A DNA stretch of 64,000 nucleotides, from NCBI GenBank assembly GCA_963822965.1, contig CAWGJT010000005.1, positions 768,001-832,000 of the forward strand. The letters run 5' to 3'. Of this stretch, positions 48,376-57,195 are shown piece by piece; the stretch's first letter is position 1, and every line of letters starts with the position of its first letter. Under the pieces are notes generated by a model, which worked only from the letters and a program-made list of their open reading frames with translations, made no database searches and had not been told where the DNA came from. This DNA is from an uncultured delta proteobacterium. GTDB lineage: Bacteria > Myxococcota_A > UBA9160 > UBA4427. The translations under genes and the position numbers were made by a program.

Positions 48376-49032
48376 ATGCACGGGAGACAGCCGCCGGAGA
48401 GCCGCGGGCGACGGGACGCTTCACGCGTCCGTCTCGCACACCTGGCCGGGGCACTCGTCGCCTCCGCGGTCGTCGCGTCCACCGTCGCGGCGGGGCCGAC
48501 GACGCCGGAGACCGTGCACCTGGACTCCGTCTGGCGCGCGAGCATGGCGGCCGGGCTCGACGCGTCGGACCTGGGCCATCCCGAGGCCGCCGCGCGCGAC
48601 TTCCGCCGGGCCGTGGCTCGCGCACGGGCCGGCCTCCCCGACGACGAGCTGGGCTTCAGCCTGTATCGGCTGGGCGATCTCCTCCGCGCGCGCCCCGACC
48701 TGTCCCGGGGCGAGTCGGCGGTCGCGCTGCTGGAGGAGGCGAGCATGCACCTGGCGCGCGCCTACGGTGCCGGCCACCCGGTGCTGCTGCCCGTGTGGGC
48801 CCGCATCGCGGTCCTGCGATCTCGAGCGGGCCAGCACGAGCGGGCGGCGGCGGCGCGCGCCGCAGCCGACGCAATCGCCGTGCGCTGCTTCCCCGATCGG
48901 CACTTCCTGCGCGAGCGATTCGGCACGACGCACGCGGCGTCCCTCGTCCACCCCCTCGAGGTGCTGCGCCTGCTCGAGGCCGAGGCCGGGCCCGACGAGG
49001 TCGCCCCGCAAGGCGTCCTGGCGCGCGACTAG
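48376..49032 (+). CDS. Hypothetical exported TPR-like protein
   Basis: Hydrophobic leader, then kinesin-light-chain-type TPR-like helices (SLYRLGDLLR, LARAYGAGHP). GAAGGGGG RBS and an upstream sigma-54 site. Confidence 0.55.
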   Translation: MHGRQPPESRGRRDASRVRLAHLAGALVASAVVASTVAAGPTTPETVHLDSVWRASMAAGLDASDLGHPEAAARDFRRAVARARAGLPDDELGFSLYRLGDLLRARPDLSRGESAVALLEEASMHLARAYGAGHPVLLPVWARIAVLRSRAGQHERAAAARAAADAIAVRCFPDRHFLRERFGTTHAASLVHPLEVLRLLEAEAGPDEVAPQGVLARD

Positions 49033-49250
49033 CCCTGATCCGTCATGCGGATCAGGGCGCAACTCCCAATGCCTGGCGAATCGCTGCGTCTTGCTCGGTC
49101 CGTGCCGCGATCCGAGCCCGACGCCCGGACCGGGCTCCCTCGGCCAGGCCGCGCCAGGCCGAGCTCCACCGCGTGCTCGATGCCGCGGAGGGGACCCCCG
49201 GGTTATCGTCGATCGCCGCGAGGCCGCACGCCGCCGGGGAGGACCAAGCC

Positions 49251-50705
49251 GTGAAGCGAATCGCCGCGCTCGCCGTCGCCGGCCTCGTCGCGCTCGTCGG
49301 CGTCGTGGTGTTTCGCACGGCGTCCGTGGGTCGCGCCCTCCCGCAGGTTCCTCCGGCTCCCGCCCGAGACGTCGACGTGGAGGGAGCCGCGGGCCGTCTC
49401 GCACGCGGGCTCGCCTTTCGCACGATCGCCCGAGGCGAAGGCCAGCCCGTGGAGGCGGACGCGTTCCTCGGGCTCCGCGCGCATCTCGAGCGGTCCTATC
49501 CGCGGGTCCACGCGAGCCTCGAGCGCGAGACCATCTCGCAGTACAGCCTCCTCTACACCTGGAAGGGAACGAGCCCGGGGCTCGAGCCCGGGCTCCTGAT
49601 GGCCCACCAGGACGTGGTGCCGGTCGACGCAGCCGGCTGGAAGCAGCCGCCCTTCTCGGGAGCCATCGTCGACGGGGAGATCTGGGGCCGCGGCGCGATC
49701 GACGACAAGGCCGCCCTGTTCGCGATCCTGGAGGCCGTGGAGACGCTGCTCGCCGAGGGCTTTCAGCCGGAGCGAACGATTCTCCTCTTCTTCGGCCACG
49801 ACGAGGAGACCGGCGGCGCGGAGGGCGCCGCCCGCGCCGCCGATCTGCTCGAGGCTCGCGGCGTCCGCCTGGCCTGGGTCCTGGACGAGGGCGGCTTCGT
49901 GGTGGAGGGCCTGCTGCCCGGCGTGGCGACGCCGATCGCGCTCGTCGGCGTCGCCGAGAAGGGCTCGCTCACGCTGGAGCTCGAGCTCGACGGCGCCGGC
50001 GGACACTCGTCGGTCCCGCCCCGTCATACCGCCATCGGCGTCCTGTCCGGCGCCCTCGCGCGCCTCGAGCGCAGCCCCATGCCCGGCGGCATCGACGACC
50101 TGACGCGCCACCTCCTCGAAGCGATCGCCCCGCAGCTGCCCCTCGGACCTCGCGTGGCGCTCGCGAACCTGTGGCTCTCGGGCAACTTCGTCGAGGCGGT
50201 GATGGCGGAGGATCCGGCCCTGGACGCCATGCAGCGCACGACGACCGCCGTCACCATGATCGAAGGAGGCGTGAAGACGAACGTGCTTCCGAGCCACGTC
50301 CAGGCGACGGTCAACTTCCGCCTCCGGCCGGGCGACACCGCCGATGCGGTTCGGGAGCACGTGCGAAGCGCGATCGACGACGAGCGCATCGCCATCGAGA
50401 CGGTGGGAGTACCGCACGAGGCGAGCCCGATCTCCCCGACCGACTCGCCGGCCTTCGGCCTCGTGGCGCGCACCATCGCCGAGGTGTTCCCCGGCGTGCC
50501 GGTCGTCCCCTACCTGATGGTGGCGGGCACCGACTCGCGCCACTTCTACGGGCTCACGCCGAACGTCTACCGCTTCAACCCGTTCCGCTTCGGGCCGGAG
50601 AGCCGCACCCTGCCTCACGGCACGAACGAGCGGCTGCCGGTCACCGCCCTCGGCGACGCGGTGCGCTTCTACGCGCGTCTGATCGAGAGCTCCGGACGGC
50701 CCTGA
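49251..50705 (+). CDS. M20 family metallopeptidase/amidohydrolase (carboxypeptidase S/PM20D1-like)
   Basis: Signal anchor, MAHQDVVP, WGRGAIDDK, GHDEETGG, DEGG, GGHSS, GTDSRH, HGTNER. Confidence 0.9.
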   Translation: MKRIAALAVAGLVALVGVVVFRTASVGRALPQVPPAPARDVDVEGAAGRLARGLAFRTIARGEGQPVEADAFLGLRAHLERSYPRVHASLERETISQYSLLYTWKGTSPGLEPGLLMAHQDVVPVDAAGWKQPPFSGAIVDGEIWGRGAIDDKAALFAILEAVETLLAEGFQPERTILLFFGHDEETGGAEGAARAADLLEARGVRLAWVLDEGGFVVEGLLPGVATPIALVGVAEKGSLTLELELDGAGGHSSVPPRHTAIGVLSGALARLERSPMPGGIDDLTRHLLEAIAPQLPLGPRVALANLWLSGNFVEAVMAEDPALDAMQRTTTAVTMIEGGVKTNVLPSHVQATVNFRLRPGDTADAVREHVRSAIDDERIAIETVGVPHEASPISPTDSPAFGLVARTIAEVFPGVPVVPYLMVAGTDSRHFYGLTPNVYRFNPFRFGPESRTLPHGTNERLPVTALGDAVRFYARLIESSGRP

Positions 50706-53700
50706 GCCTCGGTCGCTTGCGCGGCCGGCTCGGCACGTCCCCAGCGCCGCTTCAGGTCCTCGAGGATCAGGTATGCGCTGGGCACCATGAACAGCGAGAT
50801 CAGGGTCGCGAAGACCACGCCGAAGCCGAGGGACGTGGCCATGGGCTTGAGGAAGCCCGCGGACACGCTGCCCTCGAGGAGCAGCGGCGTGAGGCCCGCG
50901 AAGGTGGTGATCGAGGTCAGCACGATGGGGCGGAAGCGCGCGACACCGGCCTGGCGCACGGCGTCCACCAGGGGCTCACCCTCCTCGCGCTTCTGGTTCA
51001 CGTAGTGGACCAGCACCAGGCTCGAGTTGACCACCACACCCGAGAGGGCGACCACCCCGAAGACCGACATCATGCTGAGGTTCATCCCGAGCAGCAGGTG
51101 CCCCAGGATCGCTCCCACGACGCCGAAGGGGATGACCGCCATGATGAGCAGGGGCTGGCTGTACGAGCGCAGGGGCACCGCCAGCAGCGCGTACACCATG
51201 ACGAGGGCGAACAGGTAGTTCCGGACCAGCGCGCCCAGGGCCTCCGACTGCTCCTTCTGCTCGCCCTCCAGGCTGAAGCTCAGCCCCGGGTGGTCGCGGA
51301 CGAGCTGCAGGAGGAATCCCTTGGTCAGGTCGGCCAGGATCTGGTTCGCGTTGCCCTGGGTGAGATCGACGTCGGCGGTGACGTCGATGACGCGCTCCCG
51401 ATTCGCGCGCCTGATGGTCGAGTAGCCGACACCGGCGGAGGCGCGCGCCACCGCATAGAAGGGCACTTCGCCGCCGTCCGGCGTGCGGATGCGCAGGTTG
51501 TCCAGGTCCGTGAGGGAGCGCCGCTGGTCCTCGGGGTAGCGCACCATCACGCGGACGTCGTCGCGCCCGCGCTGGATGCGCTGGGCCTCGGCGCCGTAGA
51601 AGGCCTGCCGCACCTGGCTGGCGAGGTCGTCCAGCGTGAGCCCCAACGTCTCCGCGGCGGGCAGGATGTCGAGCTGGATCTCGTCCTTGCCGCCCTGGAA
51701 CGAGTCGCCGATGTCGAAGACGCCGGGATACTCGGCGAGCCGGGTCTTGAGCTCCTCCGCCGCCACCTCCAGCTGCTCGACGTTGGACGACTGGAGCTGC
51801 ACGTCGATGGGATCGCCCACCGAGAAGAGCGCCGACGTGAAGACGAGCTCGTCGACGTCGGGAATGGCCGGCGTCTCGTCCCGCCAGCGCTGCACCACCA
51901 TCGACGACTTCAGCGGCCGCACGTCCCCGCCCACCAGCTCCATGGTCACCTCACCCAGGTGCGAGGCCGCCGAGACGACACCTGGTCTCCCGGGGTTGCC
52001 GCCCGTCGACGGCTGCTCGCCCACGGACGTGAGGATGTGCTTGACGACGGAATGCCCCTCCACGCGATACTCGAGGTCGAGCTGGTCCTTCACCCGTCTC
52101 GCCGCCGCCTCTACCTGGCGCACCGCCGCCTCGGTCATCTCCACCGGCGTTCCCGGAGGCATCGTGAGGCGCGCCGTCACGTAGTCCGCGTCGATGGGCG
52201 GAAAGAACGAGAACGTGAGCAGGCCGGCGCGGATCACCCCGCCGACCACCAGCAGCAGCGCGATGGCCACGGCGAGGGTCGTGTAGCGCCACTCGAGAGC
52301 GCGCTCGAGGGCCGGCCGGTAGCCGTTCTCGGCCAGCCGCTCGAGACTCGTCGAGCAGGCGCGCTGAAAGCGCTGCCAACGCGCCTTGACTCCGCCGCCA
52401 GCGACCTCCCGGCTGCGGGGCTGGATCTTCATGTGTCCCAGGTGGGCGGGCAGCACGAGCTGTGACTCGATCAACGAGAAGAGCAGGCAGCAGATGGTGA
52501 CGGTGCCGATCGTCCCGAAGATCTGCCCCATGACGCCGGGCGCCTGGATCATGGGCACGAAGGCCGCCACCGTGGTGAGCACACCGAAGATGACCGGGAT
52601 CGCCACCTCCTGGGCGCCGGCGATGGCGGCGGCGAGCGGCGCCTCGGCGCTCTCCTGGTGCCGGTGCACGTTCTCGCCGATCACGATGGCGTCGTCGACG
52701 AGCAGGCCGAGCACGAGGATGAACGCGAAGAGGCTGATCACGTCGATGGAGATGTCGAGGGCCGGAAACAGCGCCAGCGCGCCCAGGATCGAGATCGGCA
52801 CCCCGAGCGAGACCCACAGCGCCAGGCGCAGCCGCAGAAAGAGCGCGAGCACGATGAAGACCAGCACGAATCCGCCGCGGCCGTTCCGCACCAGGATGTC
52901 CAGACGGTCGCGCAGGGCCTGGGAGCCGTCCTGCCACACCGTGGCGGAGATGCCCTCGGGCAGCCGCGCTCCCGCCTCCTGTACGTAGGCCTTCACGCGG
53001 TCGGCGAGGTCGAGCACGCGCTGCTCGCCCACGCGGTACACCTTGACGAGCACCGCGGGCGCCCCGTCGAAGCTCGCGATCCGCTTGTCCTCCTCGAAGC
53101 CGTCCACCACGTTGGCGACCTCGCCGAGCAGGAGCCGCGTGCCGTCGTCGCGCGTGAGCACCACCAGCTGCTCGAAGTCCTCCTTGACGTAGGCTTGCCC
53201 CTTCGTGCGCAGGAGCACCTCGCCGGCTTCGGTCTTGATCGATCCGCCCGGGCGGTCGAGGGAGCCGCGCCGCACCGTGTCCACGATCTGCGCGAAGGTG
53301 AGACCGTGCCGGCGGAGGGATTCCTCGGGCACCTCCACCGAGATCTCGTACTCCCTGGCGTTGGCGAGCTCCACCTGGGTGACGCCCGGCAAGGACGCCA
53401 GCTCGTCCCGGAGGCGCTCCCCCAGCACCTTCAGCGTGTCCTCGGAAGCCTCTCCCGAGAGCGCGATCTGCACCGCGTTGCGCTTGATGGTGACGTGATT
53501 GATGACGGGTCTCTCGGTCTCCTCCGGGAAGGTCGAGATGGCGTCGACGGCGTTCTTGATCTCGCTGAGGGCGCGGTCCACCGGATAGCCGTCGATCAGC
53601 TCGGCGGTGACTCCGCAAGCGCCCTCGGCGGCGGAGGAGGTGATCTCCTCGATCCCCTCGATGCCGTAGATCTCCTCCTCGATGCGGACGCAGACGCCCT

Positions 53701-53884
53701 CCTCCACCTCCTCGGGGGCGGCGCCGAGGTAGGGCACGCCGATCTGGACCCTGTCGATGTCGATGTCGGGGAAGGTCTTCTGCTGGATCGAAGGCAGGGC
53801 AACGAGGCCCGCCACGACCACCAGCACCATCAGCAGGTTCGCGGCCACGTGGTTCTCGGCGAACCAGGCGATGGCTCGGGTCAC
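50669..53884 (-). CDS. RND efflux transporter permease (AcrB/AcrD/AcrF family)
   Basis: NHVAANLLM, GLLVDDAIVIGEN, GVLTTVAAFVP, GVVVNSS, RFRPIVLTSITT. Confidence 0.93.
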   Translation of the reverse strand: MTRAIAWFAENHVAANLLMVLVVVAGLVALPSIQQKTFPDIDIDRVQIGVPYLGAAPEEVEEGVCVRIEEEIYGIEGIEEITSSAAEGACGVTAELIDGYPVDRALSEIKNAVDAISTFPEETERPVINHVTIKRNAVQIALSGEASEDTLKVLGERLRDELASLPGVTQVELANAREYEISVEVPEESLRRHGLTFAQIVDTVRRGSLDRPGGSIKTEAGEVLLRTKGQAYVKEDFEQLVVLTRDDGTRLLLGEVANVVDGFEEDKRIASFDGAPAVLVKVYRVGEQRVLDLADRVKAYVQEAGARLPEGISATVWQDGSQALRDRLDILVRNGRGGFVLVFIVLALFLRLRLALWVSLGVPISILGALALFPALDISIDVISLFAFILVLGLLVDDAIVIGENVHRHQESAEAPLAAAIAGAQEVAIPVIFGVLTTVAAFVPMIQAPGVMGQIFGTIGTVTICCLLFSLIESQLVLPAHLGHMKIQPRSREVAGGGVKARWQRFQRACSTSLERLAENGYRPALERALEWRYTTLAVAIALLLVVGGVIRAGLLTFSFFPPIDADYVTARLTMPPGTPVEMTEAAVRQVEAAARRVKDQLDLEYRVEGHSVVKHILTSVGEQPSTGGNPGRPGVVSAASHLGEVTMELVGGDVRPLKSSMVVQRWRDETPAIPDVDELVFTSALFSVGDPIDVQLQSSNVEQLEVAAEELKTRLAEYPGVFDIGDSFQGGKDEIQLDILPAAETLGLTLDDLASQVRQAFYGAEAQRIQRGRDDVRVMVRYPEDQRRSLTDLDNLRIRTPDGGEVPFYAVARASAGVGYSTIRRANRERVIDVTADVDLTQGNANQILADLTKGFLLQLVRDHPGLSFSLEGEQKEQSEALGALVRNYLFALVMVYALLAVPLRSYSQPLLIMAVIPFGVVGAILGHLLLGMNLSMMSVFGVVALSGVVVNSSLVLVHYVNQKREEGEPLVDAVRQAGVARFRPIVLTSITTFAGLTPLLLEGSVSAGFLKPMATSLGFGVVFATLISLFMVPSAYLILEDLKRRWGRAEPAAQATEAQGRPELSIRRA

Positions 53885-55143
53885 GAGCCCGCCCCGGCCA
53901 GCCCGGGAGCAGCCTCCGCTTCCCCGACGACGCGCACGCGCATTCCGTTGGTCACCGCGCGCAGCGGCGAGATGCAGATGCGCTCGCCCGGCTCGAGACC
54001 GGCGCCGACGATCACGCGCTCGTGCTCGGTGCGCAGCACGTCGACCCGTCGGAAGCGAAGCCGCGATTCCGCGTCCACGACGAGCACCTCGTCGCTGTCG
54101 CCGTCGCGAGCCCGGTGCAGGACGCTGCGGGGCAGCACGAAGGCGTCCTCCACCACGCGTCCGGCGATCTCCGCCTCGACGAAGAGTCCCACCGCCAGGG
54201 GCGGCCGGTCGGGCGTGGCGCCGACCCCGTACGGGTCCTCCACGCGCGCCACCACCTGCACCATGCGGCTCTTCGGATCGATCTCGCCCTCGGTCCGCAC
54301 GATGTGCCCCTGCCAGGCGTGACGCCGGCCGGCGAACTCCGCGCGCAGGGTGACGGCGGGCCCGGCCTCGGGCTCCTCGGCTTCCGCCGCGCCCGCCGAC
54401 TGCGGGGAGGCCTCCGGGTCGCCCGCTTCCGTCGCGCGTCTCGCCAGGGAGATGTCGAGGTAGGCGAGCTCACGGTCGGGCAGGGGCAGGCGCACCTCGG
54501 CGTAGTCCACCGCGTAGAGCTTCGCGAGGGGCACGCCCCGGCTCGCGAACTGCCCGTCGTCCACCTGCTCCTGGCGAACACGCCCGTCGTAGGGCGCCTG
54601 CAGCTCGGTGCGTTCGAGGTCGCGCTCCGCCATCTCGAGCTGGGCACGCCGCTCGCGCAGGGTCGCCTCCGCCACCCGGTAGGCGTTCTCCGCGTCGTCG
54701 ATGTTCGCCTGGCTCGCCACGGAGCGATCCGCCAGCCGGCGCTGGCGATCCCGCTCCTTCTTGGCGCGGGCGTTCTCGCTCTCGGCGCGGGCGACGTTGG
54801 CGCGGGCGCTCTCGCGAGCCGCCTCGTAGTCGGCGGGATCGATGCGCACCAGCGGCTGCCCGGCCTCGAAGAAGCCGCCGGCCACGAGATCCGGCGACAC
54901 CCACACGACCTCGCCCGACACCTGGGGCACCAGGTCGCTCTCCCGGCGCGGGACCACCGTCCCCTGGGTCTGCACGAGGAACTGGAACCCGCTGGGCTGC
55001 GCGACCACGGTGCGGACGAGCGGCGCGCTCGCCTCGGGCGGCTTCGGCTGGATGGGCTCGCGCGTGGCGACCAGGACGACGACGGCGAAGACGGCCAGCG
55101 CCAGGACGCCGACGGGAGCGAGCTGCTTGGGGCCGAGCTTCAT
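53881..55143 (-). CDS. RND periplasmic adaptor (membrane fusion protein)
   Basis: N-terminal TM, PQVSGEVV, coiled coil, QAPYDGRV, IDPKSRM, VGLFVEAEI. Confidence 0.9.
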   Translation of the reverse strand: MKLGPKQLAPVGVLALAVFAVVVLVATREPIQPKPPEASAPLVRTVVAQPSGFQFLVQTQGTVVPRRESDLVPQVSGEVVWVSPDLVAGGFFEAGQPLVRIDPADYEAARESARANVARAESENARAKKERDRQRRLADRSVASQANIDDAENAYRVAEATLRERRAQLEMAERDLERTELQAPYDGRVRQEQVDDGQFASRGVPLAKLYAVDYAEVRLPLPDRELAYLDISLARRATEAGDPEASPQSAGAAEAEEPEAGPAVTLRAEFAGRRHAWQGHIVRTEGEIDPKSRMVQVVARVEDPYGVGATPDRPPLAVGLFVEAEIAGRVVEDAFVLPRSVLHRARDGDSDEVLVVDAESRLRFRRVDVLRTEHERVIVGAGLEPGERICISPLRAVTNGMRVRVVGEAEAAPGLAGAGS

Positions 55144-55931
55144 CGCACGGTCCCCCTGCCGGACGCCCCGGGGTCCGGCGCTCCCGGCGGCTCCGCCGAG
55201 GACCCGTGGGCCACGCGAGGCAGGTCCTGCAGCCCCGCGGCCGCGTAGCGGATCATCCGCGCGAGCAGCTCCTCGTTGGGCGGGAGCATCCCACCGCCCA
55301 CCCGGTGCGAGTGCACGTCCATCTGGCCGGCGATCACGTGGACCATCATGCCGATGGTGAACTCGAAGGCCATCTCGACCTGCAGGGGATCGCGGTCCGG
55401 GAGCGCTCGCTGCAGGGCGCTCACGAATCGGTCGACCACCGGACCGAAGTGCTCCTGCTTGAGCCCGGAGACGACGTCCGGCGGATCGGAGAAGAGGCGT
55501 GCGGCGAGCTGGCGGTAGCGCGTGCGTCCCAGGGCCGAGTCGTCGCGCAGCTCGATGGCGGGGCGCAGGAAGGCGTCGAGCACGGCGTGAAGTGCGAGCC
55601 CCGCGCTGCCGGCTCCCTGCTCCAGGGCGCCGAGCCGCTCGAGGCGGGCGCGGTTGACGGGGCGGATCACGCGCCCCAGGGTCTCCCGCAGCAGGGCCTC
55701 CTTCGACCCGAAGTGGTAGTTGGCCGCCGACACGCTCACGCCCGCCGTCCGGGTCACGGCGCGCATGGACGTTCCGGAGAACCCGCGCTCCGCGAAGAGC
55801 CGCTCGGCGGCGTCGAGCAGCCGGCTCTTCGTCTCGGCCGCGTCCCGGCCGCCGGTACTGCCGGAAACAGAAGAGCGTTCGTCGCGAGCCGCCGGGGCGG
55901 GCGCCTCGGCCGACAGGGGGTCGCTTGCCAA
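55140..55931 (-). CDS. TetR/AcrR family regulator (PsrA-like)
   Basis: TKSRLLDAAERLFAERGFSGTSMRAVT...ANYHFGSKEAL HTH. First gene of the RND operon. TTG start inferred. Confidence 0.9.
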   Translation of the reverse strand: MASDPLSAEAPAPAARDERSSVSGSTGGRDAAETKSRLLDAAERLFAERGFSGTSMRAVTRTAGVSVSAANYHFGSKEALLRETLGRVIRPVNRARLERLGALEQGAGSAGLALHAVLDAFLRPAIELRDDSALGRTRYRQLAARLFSDPPDVVSGLKQEHFGPVVDRFVSALQRALPDRDPLQVEMAFEFTIGMMVHVIAGQMDVHSHRVGGGMLPPNEELLARMIRYAAAGLQDLPRVAHGSSAEPPGAPDPGASGRGTVR

Positions 55932-55966
55932 GGTGGGTTCCTGGAGGGCCTGGGGGTGTGAGAGCC

Positions 55967-56003
55967 GGATCCGAACGATCGTTCGAAACATACGTTCGGA
56001 TCC
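55967..56003. promoter_or_regulatory. Palindromic TetR operator (two nested sites)
   Basis: GGATCCGAACG...CGTTCGGATCC inverted repeat containing CGAACGATCGTTCG and CGAAACATACGTTCG, in the divergent TetR/QOR intergenic region. Confidence 0.7.
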
Positions 56004-56100
56004 AGGATGCGGCAACCTGGGGATGCGGGCCGGCGGGGGGCCTCCGTCGCCCCGGGAAGCCCGGGCCAGAGCCGGGCCGGAGCAGCCGAGAGGAGCAGGC

Positions 56101-57123
56101 ATGCAGCGCCAGATGCGAGCATGGCGCGTCCACGGGCTGGGCGAGCCAGGCGAGGTGCTGCGGCTCGAGACCGCCCCGGTCCCCGAGCCGGGCCCGGGCC
56201 AGGTGCGCATCCGGGTGACGACCGCCGCCCTCAACTGGAGCGACGATCTCGTCTGCCGCGGGCGCTACCAGGTGAAGCCCGACCTGCCCTTCTCGCCCGG
56301 CATGGAGGCCACGGGCCGGATCGACGCGCTGGGCCCGGGTGTGGCGCCGGACGGCGCCTGCAAGCCTGGCCGGCGGGTGCTGGCGGCCATGGCCCTGCCC
56401 CACGGCGCCCTGGCCGAGTACGCGATCGCGAACGTCGAGAACGTCTATCCCGTCACCGATGCCGTCGGCGAGGTCCAGGCGGCCGGGCTCCTCATCCCGT
56501 ATCAGACGACCCACCTCGCCCTCCACCGCCGCGCGCGGCTCCAGCCGGGCGAGACCCTGCTCGTCCACGCGGGCGCGGGCGGGATGGGCTCGGCGGCCAT
56601 CCAGCTCGGGGTGGCGGCCGGCGCCCGGGTCTTCGCGACGGCCGGCGGTCGCGAGAAGACGGACCTGTGCCGGAAGCTCGGCGCGGAGATCGCCATCGAC
56701 TACCGGAGCGAGGACTTCGTGGAGGTGGTGAACCGGGAGACCGGCGGGCGCGGCGCCGACGTCATCTACGACAGCGTCGGCGGGGACACCTTCGACCGCT
56801 CGCGCAAGTGCATCGCCTTCGAGGGACGGATCCTGGTGATCGGCTTCTCGAGCGGACGCATCGCGCAGCTTCCCACCAACCACGTGCTGGTCAAGAACTA
56901 CTCGGTGGTGGGCGTATACCCGGCCCGCTACGCGCAGCTCGACCGACCGCTCCTCGATCGGGTCCATGACGAGCTGCTGCGCCTGCTCGAGACGGGCGCC
57001 ATCGATCCGCTCGTCCGTCTCGAGGTGCCCCTCGAAGGAGCGGCCCAGGCGATCCGCAGCCTCACCGACCGGAAGACCGTGGGCAAGGTGGTGGTGCAGG
57101 TGGCACCTCGGACCGGCGTTTGA
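56101..57123 (+). CDS. NADPH:quinone oxidoreductase (MDR, zeta-crystallin family)
   Basis: GRYQVKPDLPFSPGME, LVHAGAGGMG, GADVIYDSVGG, GFSSG, GKVVV. GAGGAG RBS. Confidence 0.9.
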   Translation: MQRQMRAWRVHGLGEPGEVLRLETAPVPEPGPGQVRIRVTTAALNWSDDLVCRGRYQVKPDLPFSPGMEATGRIDALGPGVAPDGACKPGRRVLAAMALPHGALAEYAIANVENVYPVTDAVGEVQAAGLLIPYQTTHLALHRRARLQPGETLLVHAGAGGMGSAAIQLGVAAGARVFATAGGREKTDLCRKLGAEIAIDYRSEDFVEVVNRETGGRGADVIYDSVGGDTFDRSRKCIAFEGRILVIGFSSGRIAQLPTNHVLVKNYSVVGVYPARYAQLDRPLLDRVHDELLRLLETGAIDPLVRLEVPLEGAAQAIRSLTDRKTVGKVVVQVAPRTGV

Positions 57124-57195
57124 TTTTTCGGGCGGCGGACGCTCCCCACGGCCGGCAAGTGACGGTGCGGCCACCGCCGTCTACCCTGTGGCGCC

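Noticed and set aside
57124..57195. Glycine riboswitch upstream of gcvP
   Set aside because: The gap is only 72 nt, has no aptamer motifs, and the gene looks leaderless.
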